Assembly: GCF_018350175.1 (NCBI RefSeq) | Contig: NC_058368.1 | Coordinates: 161,326,001-161,390,000, forward strand | Direction of reading: 5' to 3' | DNA length: 64,000 nucleotides | Origin: Felis catus | Taxonomy: Eukaryota | Shown: positions 26,084-39,329 of the stretch, in pieces | Layout: each line of letters begins with the position of its first letter | Position numbering within the stretch: the stretch's first letter is position 1 | Notes under the pieces: generated by a model | What the model was told of the DNA's origin: nothing | Database searches by the model: none | The model's input: only the letters and a program-made list of their open reading frames with translations | Made by a program: the position numbers and the translations under genes

Positions 26084-29000
26084 ATGACTCTCAACCCGTA
26101 TCTTTCTATAATAACACTGAATGTAAATGGATTAAATGCACCAACCAAAAGACATAGGGTATCAGAATGGATAAAAAAACAAGACCCATCTATTTGCTGT
26201 CTACAAGAGACTCATTTTAGACCTGAGGACACCTTTAGATTGAGAGTGAGGGGATGGAGAACTATTTATCATGCGACTGGAAGCCAAAAGAAAGCTGGAG
26301 TAGCCATACTTATATCAGACAAACTAGACTTTAAATTAAAGGCTGTAACAAGAGATGAAGAAGGACATTATATAATAGTTACAGGGTCTATCCATCAGGA
26401 AGAGCTAACAATTATAAATGTCTATGCGCCGAACACCAGAGCCCCCAAATATATAAAACAATTACTCATAAACATCAGCAACCTTATTGATAAGAATGTG
26501 GTAATTGCAGGGGACTTTAACACCCCACTTACAGAAATGGACAGATCATCTAGACACACGGTCAATAAAGAAACAAGGGCCCTGAATGAGACATTGGATC
26601 AGATGGACTTGACAGATATATTTAGAACTCTGCATCCCAAAGCAACAGAATATACTTTCTTCTCGAGTGCACATGGAACATTCTCCAAGATAGATCATAT
26701 ACTGGGTCACAAAACAGCCCTTCATAAGTTTACAAGAATTGAAATTATACCATGCATACTTTCAGACCACAATGCTATGAAGCTTGAAATCAACCACAGG
26801 AAAAAGTCTGGAAAACCTCCAAAGGCATGGAGGTTAAAGAACACCCTACTAACGAATGAGTGGGTCAACCAGGCAATTAGAGAAGAAATTAAAAAATATA
26901 TGGAAACAAACGAAAATGAAAATACAACAATCCAAACGCTTTGGGACGCAGCGAAGGCAGTCCTGAGAGGAAAATACATTGCAATCCAGGCCTATCTCAA
27001 GAAACAAGAAAAATCCCAAATACAAAATCTAACAGCACACCTAAAGGAACTAGAAGCAGAACAGCAAAGGCAGCCTAAACCCAGCAGAAGAAGAGAAATA
27101 ATAAAGATCAGAGCAGAAATAAACAATATAGAATCTAAAAAAACTGTAGAGCAGATCAACGAAACCAAGAGTTGGTTTTTTGAAAAAATAAACAAAATTG
27201 ACAAACCTCTAGCCAGGCTTCTCAAAAAGAAAAGGGAAATGACCCAAATAGATAAAATCATGAATGAAAATGGAATTATTACAACCAATCCCTCAGAGAT
27301 ACAAACAATTATCAGGGAATACTATGAAAAATTATATGCCAACAAATTGGACAACCTGGAACAAATGGACAAATTCCTGAACACCCACACTCTTCCAAAA
27401 CCCAACCAGGAGGAAATAGAAAGCTTGAACAGACCCATAACCAGCGAAGAAATTGAATTGGTTATCAAAAATCTCCCAACAAATAAGAGTCCAGGACCAG
27501 ATGGCTTCCCAGGGGAGTTCTACCAGACGTTTAAAGCAGACATAATACCTATCCTTCTCAAGCTATTCCAAGAAATAGAAAGGGAAGGAAAACTTCCAGA
27601 CTCATTCTATGAAGCCAGTATTACTTTGATTCCTAAACCAGACAGAGACCCAGTAAAAAAAGAGAACTACAGGCCAATATCCCTGATGAATATGGATGCA
27701 AAAATTCTCAATAAGATACTAGCAAATCGAATTCAACGGCATATAAAAAGAATTATTCACCATGATCAAGTGGGATTCATTCCTGGGATGCAGGGCTGGT
27801 TCAACATTCGCAAATCAATCAACGTGATACATCACATTAACAAAAAAAAAGAGAAGAACCATATGATCCTGTCAATTGATGCAGAAAAGGCCTTTGACAA
27901 AATCCAGCACCCTTTCTTAATAAAAACCCTTGAGAAAGTCAGGATAGAAGGAACATACTTAAAGATCATAAAAGCCATTTATGAAAAGCCCACAGCTAAC
28001 ATCATCCTCAACGGGGAAAAACTGAGAGCTTTTTCCCTGAGATCAGGAACACGACAAGGATGCCCACTCTCACCGCTGCTGTTTAACATAGTGCTGGAAG
28101 TTCTAGCATCAGCAATCAGACAACAAAAGGAAATCAAAGGTATCAAAATTGGCAAAGATGAAGTCATGCTTTCGCTTTTTGCAGATGACATGATATTATA
28201 CATGGAAAATCCGATAGACTCCACCAAAAGTCTACTAGAACTGATACATGAATTCAGCAAAGTTGCAGGATACAAAATCAATGTACATAAATCAGTTGCA
28301 TTCTTATACACTAATAATGAAGCAACAGAAAGACAAATAAAGAAACTGATCCCATTCACAATTGCACCAAGAAGCATAAAATACCTAGGAATAAATCTAA
28401 CCAAAGATGTAAAGGATCTGTATGCTGAAAACTATAGAAAGCTTATGAAGGAAATTGAAGAAGATTTAAAGAAATGGAAAGACATTCCATGCTCATGGAT
28501 TGGAAAAATAAATATTGTCAAAATGTCAATACTACCCAAAGCTATCTACACATTCAATGCAATCCCAATCAAAATTGCACCAGCATTCTTCTCGAAACTA
28601 GAACAAGCAATCCTAAAATTCATATGGAACCAAAAAGGCCCCGAATAGCCAAAGGAATTTTGAAGAAGAAGAACAAAGCAGGAGGCATCACAATCCCAGA
28701 CTTTAGCCTTTACTACAAAGCTGTCATCATCAAGACAGCATGGTATTGGCACAGAAACAGACACATAGACCAATGGAATAGAATAGAAACCCCAGAACTA
28801 GACCCACAAACGTATGGCCAACTCATCTTTGACAAAGCAGGAAAGAACATCCAATGGAAAAAAGACAGCCTCTTTAACAAATGGTGCTGGGAGAACTGGA
28901 CAGCAACATGCAGAAGATTGAAACTAGACCACTTTCTCACACCATTCACAAAAATAAACTCCAAATGGATAAAGGACCTAAATGTGAGACAGGAAACCAT

Positions 29001-29907
29001 CAAAACCTTAGAGGAGAAAGCAGGAAAAGACCTCTCTGACCTCAGCCGTAGCAATCTCTTACTCGACACATCCCCAAAGGCAAGGGAATTAAAAGCAAAA
29101 GTGAATTACTGGGACCTTATGAAGATAAAAAGCTTCTGCACAGCAAAGGAAACAACCAACAAAACTAAAAGACAACCAACTGAATGGGAAAAGATATTCG
29201 CAAAGGACATATCGGACAAAGGGCTAGTATCCAAAATCTATAAAGAGCTCACCAAACTCCACACCCGAAAAACAAATAACCCAGTGAAGAAATGGGCAGA
29301 AAACATGAATAGACACTTCTCTCAAGAAGACATCCGGATGGCCAACAGGCACATGAAAAGATGTTCAGCGTCGCTCCTTATCAGGGAAATACAAATCAAA
29401 ACCACACTCAGGTATCACCTCACGCCAGTCAGAGTGGCCAAAATGAACAAATCAGGAGACTCTAGATGCTGGAGAGGATGTGGAGAAACGGGAACCCTCT
29501 TGCACTGTTGGTGGGAATGCAAATTGGTGCAGCCGCTCTGGAAAGCAGTGTGGAGGTTCCTCAGAAAATTAAAAATAGACCTACCCTATGACCCAGCAAT
29601 AGCACTGCTAGGAATTTATCCAAGGGATACAGGAGTACTGATGCATAGGGCCACTTGTACCCCAATGTTCATAGCAGCACTCTCAACAATAGCCAAATTA
29701 TGGAAAGAGCCTAAATGTCCATCAACTGATGAATGGATAAAGAAATTGTGGTTTATATACACAATGGAATATTACGTGGCAATGAGAAAAAATGAAATAT
29801 GGCCTTTTGTAGCAACGTGGATGGAACTGGAGAGTGTGATGCTAAGTGAAATAAGCCATACAGAGAAAGACAGATACCATATGGTTTCACTCTTATGTGG
29901 ACCCTGA
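26084..29907 (+). pseudogene. ORF2: L1 ORF2p (APE endonuclease, RT, C-terminal Cys-rich domain) with a single 1-nt frameshift at ~28632-28636
   Basis: ATG at 26084 ([18 protein letters not shown]); QETH, YAPN, GDFN, IDH and SDH endonuclease motifs; FADD RT motif; CWRGC...HCWWEC. The span is 3824 nt, one short of a 1274-aa open frame. Confidence 0.95.
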
Positions 29908-32900
29908 GAAATTAACAGGAACCCATGGGGGAGGGGAAGGAAAAAAAAAAAACAGGTTAGAGTGGGAGAGAGCCAAAGCATAAGAGACTCTTAAAAACTG
30001 AGAACAAACTGAGGGTTGATGGGGGGTGGGAGGGAGGAGAGGGTGGGTGATGGGTATTGAGGAGGGCACCTTTTGGGATGAGCACTGGGTGTTGTATGGA
30101 AACTAATTTGTCAATAAATTTCATATAAAAAAATAAAATATAAAAAAAAATTGTCAAGAACCTGAAATCTAAAAAAGAACCTTAGTGTAACAAATTAGAA
30201 TTGTATTACAGCTCTTCATCATGTGCTTAGAGCAGAATTTTTTAAGAATAATGTTTTTAGTACCTGGGATTTTCCCTGATCTTCTGACATCTAGGGAAAA
30301 TAAATAATCTGGAAACTTCTTTGAACAATGGGTGGGAAGAGCTTTAAGCTTTAAGGCCACCATGTATAACATAGCAACACTAATGGCAGAGTGTAAAAGT
30401 AATTACTGGATTCCTACATTAATGTGAGAATCTGATATATATCTTACATATATATACAACATAACCTGAAAGAATAAAGAATGAGCATGCTATTTTAATT
30501 TCTCATTAAATATTATTGGTTCCTAAAAGATGGAATGAAAGGAAAAGGTCAATACTTTTCAGTCACTCCCAGATTTACCTATGAATTCTTTAAGTTTTTC
30601 ATGTATGAATGATAACCTAGAAAAGAGTCTTACACTCTTTGGAGGCATTTTTTTTCTTGTGATACTTGTTTTTCCTCTTCCAAATTTCAAGCTTCATCCC
30701 CCACTTACTGTATTCTAAACCCCACTTGCATGTAATGAGACCGGTAGTATAGAGGAAACAGGAAAGGAAATACAAGGAAGGAGATTCAGGGTAGAGACTA
30801 TCTCTCTATGTGCTGCCCATGTTTGCTACTTCCTCATGTGATGTTGTCTTACCCTTACTTCAAAACTATTATAGGATTTGCTCAAACCAGGTATATATCT
30901 TCTTCAATGCAGAAAGTTTTAAAAGGTAAAATTAATTTAGTCTTATACTAGAACAGTTATAACTAAACCTTGAAATCTTTTAAGCAAATATCTGACTCTC
31001 TAAGGAAATGTATAGTTCTTAAGAGGATTATTTATTCTTCCTTAGTACAAAATGCACATATTCTTTTCAGTGGCCTTCAGCATACATTGCTTACAACCAA
31101 TTGTCTAAATGCATGTGTTCTCTACTAATTCTCACAGGAAAGAAATAACATTCTATGATTTATGACTAGGAGTATTTCATATTCCATGAGTTAATTTTCC
31201 TGAGGTATACTAATTTTCCGTTAGTATCCCCAAAATGCCATTGCCTATTTCTGTTATCACATAGCTGTGACAATCATGGTCTTGTGCACAATCTTTATAC
31301 ATCAATATCAGAGACACACCACCAGACTCTTCGTGCCATTTAAAATTGCCTTCAGAGTGAAAAATTGGGATTAAGGGAGAATTTGAACAGAGTAGCATAT
31401 GAGAAGTCATTGTTAGACGTTTATTTACTTGCTTATGTTTTACCATGTTTTAAAAAATTTACAGTGTTTAATAGGGATCAATAATTGCAATCAGCAATAA
31501 ATAATAGTAGATGAGACAAAAATGGAATACATTTAAATATAAAAAAACAAAGTAACTATTGAAACTGGTATAAAAATTAGTATCTCATTATTAGTAAGAG
31601 TATACAAATGTTGGAATATATCAGTAAGGAGCATTATGCTTTGGATAAAGAGGCATTCTCTAGCCTCTAGAAATCAAATTTCAACTTTACTTACCATACC
31701 GAGCAGAGTTCTTACAGGTTTTTTTTGTGTGATTTTCTTAACTTGGGATAAGAAAAACAAATGTCAGCGGTTCATGAACCGAAAGTACTGTGATAAGTAC
31801 ATAAAAGTAATAACTTTGTACCAGTCAGTAACTGCTGACCACAAAAATGTTTTAGCTTTGGGTGTTACTGAACTTTATCTCACTAAGCAAGATAAAATAG
31901 TTGAGTCAACAAGAATTACTCTCTGTCTCTACAAAGCAGATGTTATAAGTAAATAATGCAAAAATAAGCCTACCTGCTTCTAAAGTAAGTCTGTGGGGAG
32001 AAGGAAAAATATGCAGCAGACCCCTGCATTGGATGACAGAAAAGTAAAGACAACACAAGAAAATGATGAAGCTTGGGTAAAACTTGAACTCACTGCAGGA
32101 AGCACTGTGTTTGAAGGACTTGATAAAAGTCAAACACTTCTTGATTTCTCCCTTCAACTACATTAGGAGACCCAGATATCATGAATCAATGGTTAAAGGT
32201 TCATAACCATCACACCTACTCCAACAATATCTCTCTAAATGGAAGATTCCTGAATCACATATATCTCTGGGAACAAGAACTAGGGATTACTGGGATGGAT
32301 GGTTGATAAATCCATATAAGTGGCCCTCTCTTTTAATGGCTCTTTTAATGGGCTTGACGTGAAGTCTTCATTCTATTAGCCTATGTCAGGATATTAGGGA
32401 TATTTTGACACACTGATACATTTCCCTCCCATCCCCTTGTTCCTAAGTCAATTGTTCTCCAAATATGATCTGTAAAGCCAAAAACAGCTGGTGAGACCCT
32501 TTCAGAGGCCAATGAGGTCAAAACTATTTCATAATACCAAGACCTAATTTGCCTTTTTCACTTGGCTGATATGTACACTGATAGTGCAAAAACAATGGTG
32601 GCAAAACTGCTGACACCTCAACATGAATCAGGACAGTAGGCACTAAATTATATCAGTAGTCTAGGAGTCATTGTATTATCTATTGCCATGCACTCATAAT
32701 TTTGTAAAAAAGAAACACACTGAATTTCACCTAACAGTGTTCTTGATAAAGCAGTAAAATTAATTTAATTAAGCTCGACCTTTGCATACATTCCTCTGTT
32801 AATAGAGAATATGACAAAATGTGAGATAAAGATAAAACACTTCTGCCACAATCTGAAACATGTGTCTGTATCCAGTAAAAGCCCTTGTGCAACTGTTTCA

Positions 32901-33431
32901 GATGCAAGCTCAACTAGCTGCTTTTTCAGTGGAGCAACATTTTTACCTGAAAACACAAGTGGCACACTATAATTATTCAGACATGTTTTGACAGACTTTC
33001 GTTTCAAAAATTAATGAAGTGAGCCTATCATTTCAAGGAAAACAACTGACAATATTTGTTGCAATGATATATTTCAAGCTTTCAAGGAAAAATTAGCATT
33101 TTGGAAAATATAGGTCTGCCACCATGAACTTGACAATTTCCCAATATTTAAATAATATTCTTATGAGAACACCAGTGATGCTAACAAATGTAATAATGAA
33201 TTTGCCAATTTTTTAAAGATATACATAACTCAGTTAACCAGTATTTTCCAAATAGCAATGCAGCATGATGCTACAGAATTATGCATGAGTAAAGGGTAAT
33301 TAAGATGCAAGATACAGCAATGTATTTCACATTTGTTGCTTTGAAATATTTGTTGCTGTAAATCAAAATTCTACATTATAATCAACTTTTGAGAAACTAT
33401 CAATTGACAAGTTTTGGTGCAATTCCAAACA

Positions 33432-33432
<1 letters not shown>

Positions 33433-33472
<40 letters not shown>
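33433..33472. repeat. (AC)20 microsatellite
   Basis: Directly visible. Confidence 0.97.
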
Positions 33473-33474
<2 letters not shown>

Positions 33475-33757
33475 AATGATTATCTTAAAGATTATTACAA
33501 TACTCCTTCCTTCTCTAACTGCATATCTGTGTAAAACCAAACCTTCTTCGCTATACTTCAGCCAAACAGTACAAAAACAGTTTGAATGCAGAGACAGATA
33601 TGAGAAGCCAAACAGTAAAGTGATTTGCAAAAAGTTTAAACAATGATGTTTCTCATTTTTTTTTCTAATTTTGGGAAAAAAAATTTATATAAAATATGTT
33701 TTTAAATAAAGTTAAAATGAAGCACTCAACAAATTTCATTTTTAAAATTTCTCAGTT

Positions 33758-33974
33758 AAAAAAAATTTTTTAATGTTTACTTATTTTTGAAAGAGAGAAA
33801 GGCAGAGCATGAGCAGGGGAGGGGCAGAGAGAGAGGGAGACACAGAATCTGAAGCAGTCTCCAGGCTCTGAGCTGTCAGCATAGAGCCAACCAGGGGCTC
33901 CAATTCACAAACCGTGAGATCATGACCTGAGCCGAAGTCTGATGTTTAACTGACTGAGCCACACAGGTGCCCCC
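33758..33974 (-). mobile_element. Can-SINE inserted in Charlie
   Basis: Reverse SINE body; TSD aaaatttctca(g/a)tt at 33744-33757 and 33975-33988. Confidence 0.95.
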
Positions 33975-34399
33975 AAAATTTCTCAATTTTAAATTCTAAT
34001 ACAGTAAATATTGATATAGACAACTCATATAAGCAAAACTTCTTGGAGTTCTAAATAATTATTAGAAGAGTTTAAAGCATTCCTGTTTGAGGATAAATGC
34101 TCTAATTAAATATTAACACCTTTTATATTTTATCCTAATGTTCCTGTCATTTACCAACATGCCCCATCATTCCTGTCTTTGTGATTAAATAACCATCTTT
34201 CACAAACCCTCCCAAACTAGAGCCCCAGGTCTATGATATAGATACTTTTACAATAGGCCTACAGGTGCTCAGACCTGGGATAATCCCCATCAGTAGTAGC
34301 ATCAGCAGCAGCATTTTTTTTCTTTCCTTAGCTAATCTTCTACTAGGTTCTATTCTAGTTACTTATTTCTCATTTCATTTAAGCTTCACACTTCCTAGA

Positions 34400-34945
34400 T
34401 TCTTGTACCACTTAGTTCTAAATAAGTGAAACTAATAAGAGCTTGTTTGAATTGTAGGGGCACTTATTTTATATTCAATAGAAAATCCAAAGGCATGAGT
34501 TCAGGGTTGAGTCAGCAGCTTAAAGATGTTGTCCAGAACACTATTTTGCTATTTTGCTCACTGATATGACATTCTTCTATTCTTCCATCCCCAGTCTGCT
34601 GGTTCCCTTCTTCACATTTGCTTCTAATGGTCACAACGTGTCTGCTGCTTCTCCATATATCATATCCTCATAAGACAAGCTCCAAGATGCAAATAATCAG
34701 GAGAGAAAAGGGATTCTTGTAATATGGCACTTTCTTATTTATGAGGAAAATCATTCATAGAACTACCACTGACTTGGCCATTTTTTCCTTTGATATCTTT
34801 GGTTATTTAACCTACCTCTAAATTAACTAGAGGAAAGGGGGACTAGTCTATCTAAGCACATACTAGAAATAGAAACATGCATCATCTTCTGAGGCTGGGA
34901 ACATCATCAATGAACAAATTCTAGGTTCTCTTAGGTAGGAATATT
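34400..34945 (-). mobile_element. Old MaLR LTR relic (MLT1-like)
   Basis: Motifs ttcagggttgagtcagcagcttaaagatgtt and atggtcacaacgtgtctgctgcttctcca; boundaries approximate. Confidence 0.5.
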
Positions 34946-35064
34946 CTTTTTTATGTAATATATTATTATAGATAAATATAGGTAGGTAGATAGATGCAGG
35001 TTCTAATAGGACACATAAGGTTTCTGGATCAGAAAACAGATCATTATTACAAACAGAGCATTCT

Positions 35065-35300
35065 GGGGGATGCCTGGGTGGCTGAGTTGGTTAAGCATCT
35101 CACTTCAGCTCTGGTCATGATCTTATGGTTTGTGAGTTTGAGCCCCACACTGGCCTCTGTTCTGACAGCTCAGAGCCTGGAGCCTGCTTCAGATTCTGTG
35201 TCTCCCTCTGTCTCTGCCCTATCCCTGATCCTGCTCTCTCTCTCACTCTCTCAAAAATAAATAAACATTAAAACAAACAAACAAGCAAACAAACAAACAA
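35065..35300 (+). mobile_element. Can-SINE
   Basis: Full head and body, (CAAA)n tail; TSD aaacagagcat at 35051-35061 and 35301-35311. Confidence 0.95.
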
Positions 35301-35759
35301 AAACAGAGCATCTCGGCACTAGGTCTCCAAACTCCAATCTCCAATGAGCAACATGGTAAGAGCCTAATGTTATTGTGTGCTTGTACCACACAGTAGGAAT
35401 CCTGAATTTATGAGATTCTTAAGTTGTATGGGACATATCTGTCCCTCCTTCCCTTGGATAGAGTGAGAGAGAGGGAGAGAGAGAAACAGAGAGAGAGAGA
35501 GAAGCCTTTAAGCAGGAATGTAAGTAAATCTTTTCCTGAGAAGGCAGAGAAAATTCCCAACCTACCAAAGCTGGAACAGCAAATGGCCTCAGGGGAAATA
35601 TGTCTCTAAGTATTTGGAACAATACGCCATCTCCAGCTTTCAAACTATGTTTGCTAGTAATCATCCTTTTAATGAAGTTTTCCAGTGAGTTTTGTTCAGA
35701 AAACCCAGACCATACACAAATATGAAAAAACTTATGGAGGGCTGCTCCCAACAATAGCA

Positions 35760-35875
35760 CACTGTCATTATCCCTACTTTACAAAGGTAAACAGAGCTCA
35801 GTGATGGCAAGGAACTTGCCAAAAATAAACCCCTACTCAAACCTAGATGTTTTTGATTCAAAAGCCTTTATTACT
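35760..35875 (-). mobile_element. MIR relic
   Basis: attatccctactttacaaaggtaaacagagctcag...aacttgcc...ctcaaacctagatg. Confidence 0.55.
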
Positions 35876-37364
35876 TCCTGGGTGTTATGCTACTTTTGGT
35901 AACATGTGGCAAGGGAAGGGGAAAAGGAATAAATAAATGGGTTCTGGAATCTAAACTATAATTCCAAAATATTTGGAAATATAGGTCATCTTCTTATTTT
36001 ATATCTTTAGTTCTGTTTCAGACTCTACTTGGAATGAAACCATGATTTCCAACATTTAATACAAGTGAAAATGTATCCCTGAAAATGGAACCAACCAAAT
36101 ACAAGTGAAATTTGAAAAACATCTGTTTTAAAGCTGTGACTATTTATAGTTGGAAATCTTTGCTTCCTTAAATATGACTTGAGAGAATACTTTTGTTTAT
36201 GAAGCAATACAGTCCATTTATAAGATAAAAGTACAAAGGGACTTTTTGTTGAAAAAATTGTCACGACATATAAAATATATACACACACAAAATCATTTTC
36301 TGCCTTTAAATATAGCTGCTATTGACTATGTAATACAGCAACTCCTACAGATGTTAGTAGCCATGATATAAAGGAATGCAATTCTTTTTTCCTCTCTCTC
36401 TTTTTTTTTTCAAAAGAAACCTTAGACAGTTCAAAGTAATACGATACCAAATAGAATGCCACAAATTGAGATATTGTTTAATCCTTCATAGCTCCTGGGA
36501 AATAATGCCCTTTGTAATTAAGCCTGTACTCCATTGACGCTGTGTTTTCATAAGCCAGGGAGAGGTGTTGTTCAACTTACTGTCAAATATTATATGAAAG
36601 TATTTCTGCAAGATTACAATGCTGAAAAGCGTACCATTAAGGGTCCTTATGTTTTGTATTTAATTTGTATATATGACAATGTATAAAATAATAAAACTGC
36701 AAATCTGAAAAAAGGAAAAAGAAGAATGCATATGAAATACCACAAAGTTGTATGCATGTTCTTCACCTTTTTTTTTAATAGCCAGAATGAATCAGGCAAG
36801 CTGCATGTACAGTTGGTTAAAAGAAATTGTCCTGCTAATTTACATATATATTTTTAGAAGTCCTATTTCAGAAGTTCCTCTAATTTTAATCTTCAATTTG
36901 GAGACAAATTTTGGCCATCGACAGATGAATATATGGATCATTTACATAGAAGAAAATCTCCCATGTATAATTTTTGACTAAAATTTTCCATCCGTTGTAC
37001 CACCTTGTCATACAGAGTGCATTTCTTGTCACTTACATGCCTATGATATAAACCTCAGAGTAAATTTACTCAGACTTACCTGAAAGCTTAGTTTATTTGA
37101 AGAAGTTTATGGCCAGAAATTTTTGCATAAATGCATTTGGAAATTATAAGGAATACTGATAATTTTCTTTCGGGTTTTCCTGGTACTTTTTTCCTCAGTT
37201 GGTGAAGTCATTAAAACCTAATCAGTTCATAATATGTATACAGTTCCTGATCCATATAAATTGAAATATAAATTTCAGAAAAGGTTTAAAAGTCTAGATA
37301 TATTTACATGTGTGGAAAAAGTATAGAGGAAAAAGAAAAAATTTTAAAATAAATTTTAAAAATT

Positions 37365-37575
37365 GGGGCACCTGGTTGGTCCAGTCTGTTAAGCGTCTGA
37401 CTCTTGATCTCAGCTCAGGTCATGATCTCACAGTTCATGAGTTTGAGCCCCGCAATGGGTTCTGCGCTGACAGTGTGGAGCCTGCTTGGGATTCTCTCCC
37501 TTTCTCTCTCTGCTCCTCCCCTACTCTCTTTCTCTTTCTCTCTCTAGATATAAATAAATAAACTTAAAAAATAAA
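37365..37575 (+). mobile_element. Can-SINE
   Basis: ggggcacctggttgg head, ctgactcttgatctcagctcaggtcatgatctc, CT-rich tract and A tail; TSD unclear. Confidence 0.93.
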
Positions 37576-38196
37576 TAGAAAACACGAAGAAAAAAATTCA
37601 AATAATTGGAATTTTGGAATAAAATTCTTTGGACACTTTATGTGATTGGAAAACAATTCAAGTTGAAGATCAGATGTAGTGTAAAGTCATGGCTGAAAAT
37701 TCTGTCAGCATCAGGCTCTTTTTGGAAGCCTTACAAATTCCACACACTACATAGAAACATGCAAACCTGCCCCACTGCGCATCTAATTTTCAAATACCTG
37801 CTGCCTTACACAACACAAATTCAACAAATTTGCTTTACCCTCATATAACGACACATTACAGAATGAATGTTCTCATTCAATGTTTTCACTATCATAGATT
37901 CAATTTTAGTTTGCCAGAAACAGTTCATAAAAACACAGACATACATGCACTATTGATTAAGACAATTAAATGTAAATATCAATTGACCAATTAGATATAA
38001 ATGTTAAATATATGGAAAAATATTCATAAGAAAAGCTTATGCCTATTTCCATGGTTTTAAGATGCCAAGTAAGATACATCATGAATTTAGCAAGAGATTT
38101 TAAAGTTAAACAGTAAATACCTAACCTGAAAGATTCTTAGCATTCTTGATACATTAATAATAAACATGTCTTAAATTTAAGAATGTTAAAAACAAG

Positions 38197-38391
38197 TAGG
38201 GTTGCCAGACTAAGCAAATAAAAATATAGAACACTTAGGTAAATGAATTTCAGGTTAACAATGAATAACTTTTTAGTATAAGCATGTTCCAAATACTGTA
38301 TGGGACATACTTATACTCAAACAAAAATTATGAGCTGCTTATCTGAAATCCAAATTTAACTGGGTAATCTGTATTTTATCTGACAACCCTA
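38197..38391. mobile_element. MER53-like palindromic hAT MITE
   Basis: TIRs tagggttgccaga / tctgacaacccta; 195 bp near-palindromic over its length, with a central agtataagcatgttcca / tgggacatacttatact stem. Confidence 0.9.
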
Positions 38392-38785
38392 GTGATAAGA
38401 CCAAATACCTGAAAATCTCTCCATGACCACTCAACATTGATAGAATTCTCTACTCATACAATCACAAAACCCTTATCCTGTAGGCCATCCTGGATAAGAT
38501 TTGATTCTACTTTTATGTTCCATTTGCCCTGCCTTTTGTACCTTGCTTCACTTTTTTTCAGCTGTTTTTTAAATACTTTCTCCAGATACAAGTTTTGAGA
38601 GTGGCCTTTTCTGCTTTCACATGTTTCTATAGTACAAATGACTTTACATGCTCTTAGTATAAATTAGTGTAAAGTGAATATGACATAAAATTCACATGGG
38701 ATGATGCATGACTTTTTCTAGCCTATTCTATTTTCTGGCACCACTAATAACAGTTGAGAACAAAGCATAAAATACAGAAACATGT

Positions 38786-39329
38786 TGTATTAGTTTTCTA
38801 TTTCTGCTTAATAAGTTATCACAAACTTAGTGGTATAAAACACAAATTTACCCTTACAGATTGAAAGTAGTAATAGCAGTAGTAGTCGCAGCATTAATAG
38901 TAGCAGGACTAGCTGCAGTAGTAGTCTGGCACAGCTCTTTATCTCACTGGGCCAAGATCAAAGTGTCTGCTGAGCTGCATTCCTTTCCATAGGTTCTGGA
39001 GGAGAATCGGCTCCTTTGACTTTCCCAGTTCCTATAGGCTGCCCACACTTCTTGCCTTGAGGTCCCCTCACTCAAACTTGAAAGCCAGCAAAGTATCTCT
39101 CTGAACTTCTTTAACATTCACATTTCCCTGTGACCACAGCCAGGGAAGAATCTCTGCTTTTAAGCACCTATGTCATTAGATGGAGGGTACCCAGATAATC
39201 TAGGACAATCTCTCAATGTCAAAGGCTTTACATGTAAGGACTGCCATTTTGCCACATGAGCTAATATATTTACAGGTTTTAGAGATGAAGATATGGATAT
39301 GGGGGAGGGGCATTATTCTGTCTACCACA
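38786..39329 (-). mobile_element. ERVL-MaLR solo LTR (MLT1C/D-like) with an internal (AGT/AGC)n low-complexity tract
   Basis: Both ends recognisable: tgtattagttttctat... and ...ggggcattattctgtctaccaca. Confidence 0.85.

Larger units (their letters stand above)
24211..30144 (+). mobile_element. Full-length young felid LINE-1 (L1_Fc-like), near intact
   Basis: CpG-rich 5'UTR, open ORF1, ORF2 in two overlapping frames, G-rich 3'UTR, AATAAA at 30113-30118, A-tail; TSD aaaaaattgtcaa(t/g)aa at 24195-24210 and 30145-30160. Confidence 0.99.
32449..34099 (+). mobile_element. hAT-Charlie DNA transposon fossil (Charlie1a-like), interrupted by a SINE and a (CA)n run
   Basis: gagaccctttcag...gaggtcaaaactatttcataatac...tttgcctttttcac...gtacactgatagtgcaaaaacaatggtgg matches Charlie1 as I recall it; degenerate TIRs caattgttctcc / gtttgaggataaatg. 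Confidence 0.82.

Noticed and set aside
25337..29069. Long minus-strand ORFs opposite L1 ORF1/ORF2 (e.g. 25337-25789, 27979-28404, and 13162-13659 in copy 1)
   Set aside because: Ser/Phe/Leu-rich shadows of the A-rich coding strand; expected antisense artefacts.
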